Shown here piece by piece: positions 30,641 through 32,000 of a stretch of 32,000 bases of DNA. Position numbers and translations under genes: made by a program. This DNA is from Wolbachia endosymbiont of Litomosoides sigmodontis (GTDB taxonomy: Bacteria; Pseudomonadota; Alphaproteobacteria; Rickettsiales; Anaplasmataceae). Numbering within the stretch: the stretch's first letter is position 1; the number at the start of each line of letters is the position of its first letter. The stretch lies in NCBI RefSeq assembly GCF_013365435.1, contig NZ_CP046577.1, forward strand, positions 1,013,803 to 1,045,802, written 5' to 3'. Under the pieces are notes generated by a model that did no database searches, was not told the origin of the DNA, and saw only the letters and a list, made by a program, of their open reading frames with translations.

Positions 30641-31249
30641 TTATTTACTATTTTCATCACCTTATAGTTTTCCAGTATGAGCAGCTAGAGTTACACAGTA
30701 AGATACTGTTAGCTATAAGTTATTAAGATAATTTATCAAATAAAAAACTATTTAATATCTCTTTTAGGAGCTTAATGTTAATGTCATATATACTTAACAA
30801 GTAGCTAACTTTGAATTGCAAATACCTATAATGTCGCTCTTTTAAAGAGAAACGCAGAAGCTTACCAAGTATTTTTTGTTAAAAAAAATAAGACTAATTG
30901 AGCTTTTAACTACCTTAAAAAAAAGGTAAAAGGAACTTAGCGATGTGAGTTGCTTACTGTTCTCTCAAAAATTTGGCCTAAGTTTCTCTTCACATTATAT
31001 AAGCAAAATTCAGCTAACGTAAATAAAAACTTATAAAGAAATGGAATATCTATACAAGTAAAGGTAAAACATAATAAGCCAAATTTAATACTAGGCCTTT
31101 GTCGCTTAGAACAAAGAAAGATAAACTTTAGGCTTAAAACACCCTGCTCTTTTATGATGAGAGAATTGACAAAGTTTGTCAAGTAGGTTTTTAGACTATC
31201 CAAATGATAGCTTCAGATAAAAACTACACAGTTTGCAGAAAGTATTGAT

Positions 31250-32000
31250 TTAGCTTTCATAATCACTCAAGTTCAATATTACTTTATTGATATAGCGTTC
31301 ATTTGCATCTTTTATAATAAACTTCATGCCATTTTTATATTCGATGATTTCACCTACAGAAGGTACTCTACCAGCAATCGAAAAAATTAATCCACCAAGA
31401 GTAGCATAATCTTCTTCAGGATCACGTAATTCTATTTCCAAATTTTCCTCTATATCCTTTATAGGAGCTCTCGCTGATACTTCATATTTATTTTTGGACA
31501 ATTCAACAATGACGTGTTCAAAAGGCTCGTTTCCATTGTTAACGCTTGGTATTAGTTCCCTCACAAGGTCAGTCATTGAAATCAAACCGTCAGTTCCACC
31601 ATATTCATCCAATACAACAGCTAAGTGTGACCTAGAGGATCTCATTTTAACAAAAAGGCTAGTAGTCTTCATCGATGGTGGAACAAATATCACATTTTGT
31701 ATAATATTTCTTAAATTAAAATTCTTGTCTTTACCAAAGAGAACGTCCTTTATATAAAAAAAACCTATTATGTTATCAAAATTATTCTTATAAATTAATA
31801 TTTTGGTAAGGCAAGTGCTTTTTACTTTTTTTATTATTTCATGTCTACTTGATTCGATATCTACTGCACATATTTCCGTACGTGGAGTCATTATATCAAT
31901 TATGTTACAATCGTGAAACTTTAGCAGACCATTAAATATACTAAGATCAGGTAAATCTTTCATTAACGCTTCAGTTGCACACCTCTTTAATATATGTATT
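31250..32000 (-). CDS. corC: CBS-domain / CorC_HlyC-domain protein (CorC/TlyC hemolysin-C type), N-terminus beyond the window end
   Basis: The frame stays open upstream of the listed Met to the window edge (IHILKRCATEALMKDL...). It has DIMTPRTEI, a tandem CBS pair, HLAVVLDEYGGTDGLISMTDL, and a C-terminal transporter-associated domain (TLGGLIFSIAGRVPSVGE). Confidence 0.85.
   Translation of the reverse strand, partial: IHILKRCATEALMKDLPDLSIFNGLLKFHDCNIIDIMTPRTEICAVDIESSRHEIIKKVKSTCLTKILIYKNNFDNIIGFFYIKDVLFGKDKNFNLRNIIQNVIFVPPSMKTTSLFVKMRSSRSHLAVVLDEYGGTDGLISMTDLVRELIPSVNNGNEPFEHVIVELSKNKYEVSARAPIKDIEENLEIELRDPEEDYATLGGLIFSIAGRVPSVGEIIEYKNGMKFIIKDANERYINKVILNLSDYES

Overview
AT-rich (roughly one-third GC by eye) chromosomal segment from a reduced alphaproteobacterial endosymbiont. 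Gene content and a characteristic short palindromic repeat suggest a Wolbachia-like Anaplasmataceae; this is an inference from memory, not a search.

Intact housekeeping genes: pal (partial), an M32 carboxypeptidase homolog, mreB, mnmA, tyrS, rsfS, rppH, mutS, rnd, coaE, rsmH, a COQ9-like gene, murD, a 2Fe-2S ferredoxin, a membrane-anchored hypothetical, ccmH, fumC and corC/tlyC (partial).

Between these lie seven dead copies of one IS630-family element: five full-length and two inverted 3' halves. Together they total about 7.4 kb, about 23% of the window. There are also at least four eroded pseudogenes: RhuM-like, P-loop kinase-like, ProP/MFS-like and ftsL-like.

I saw no rRNA, tRNA or CRISPR, and no recognisable defence, toxin or secretion island. 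I cannot point to a convincing new multi-gene system.

The most unusual structures:
1. A 1.5-kb foldback composite of the dead IS occurs at two loci with the same internal junction. Its inverted arms are far more similar to each other than to any other copy, which suggests unit mobilisation plus arm-to-arm gene conversion.
2. Degenerate palindromic-repeat insertions sit in frame inside mutS, rsmH and murD.
3. coaE is truncated by a frameshift in a 9-nt homopolymer, with its conserved C-terminus still readable in the +1 frame.
4. The M32 peptidase ORF is intact but has lost its HExxH motif.

IS boundaries are +/-10 bp and all identity values are by-eye estimates.
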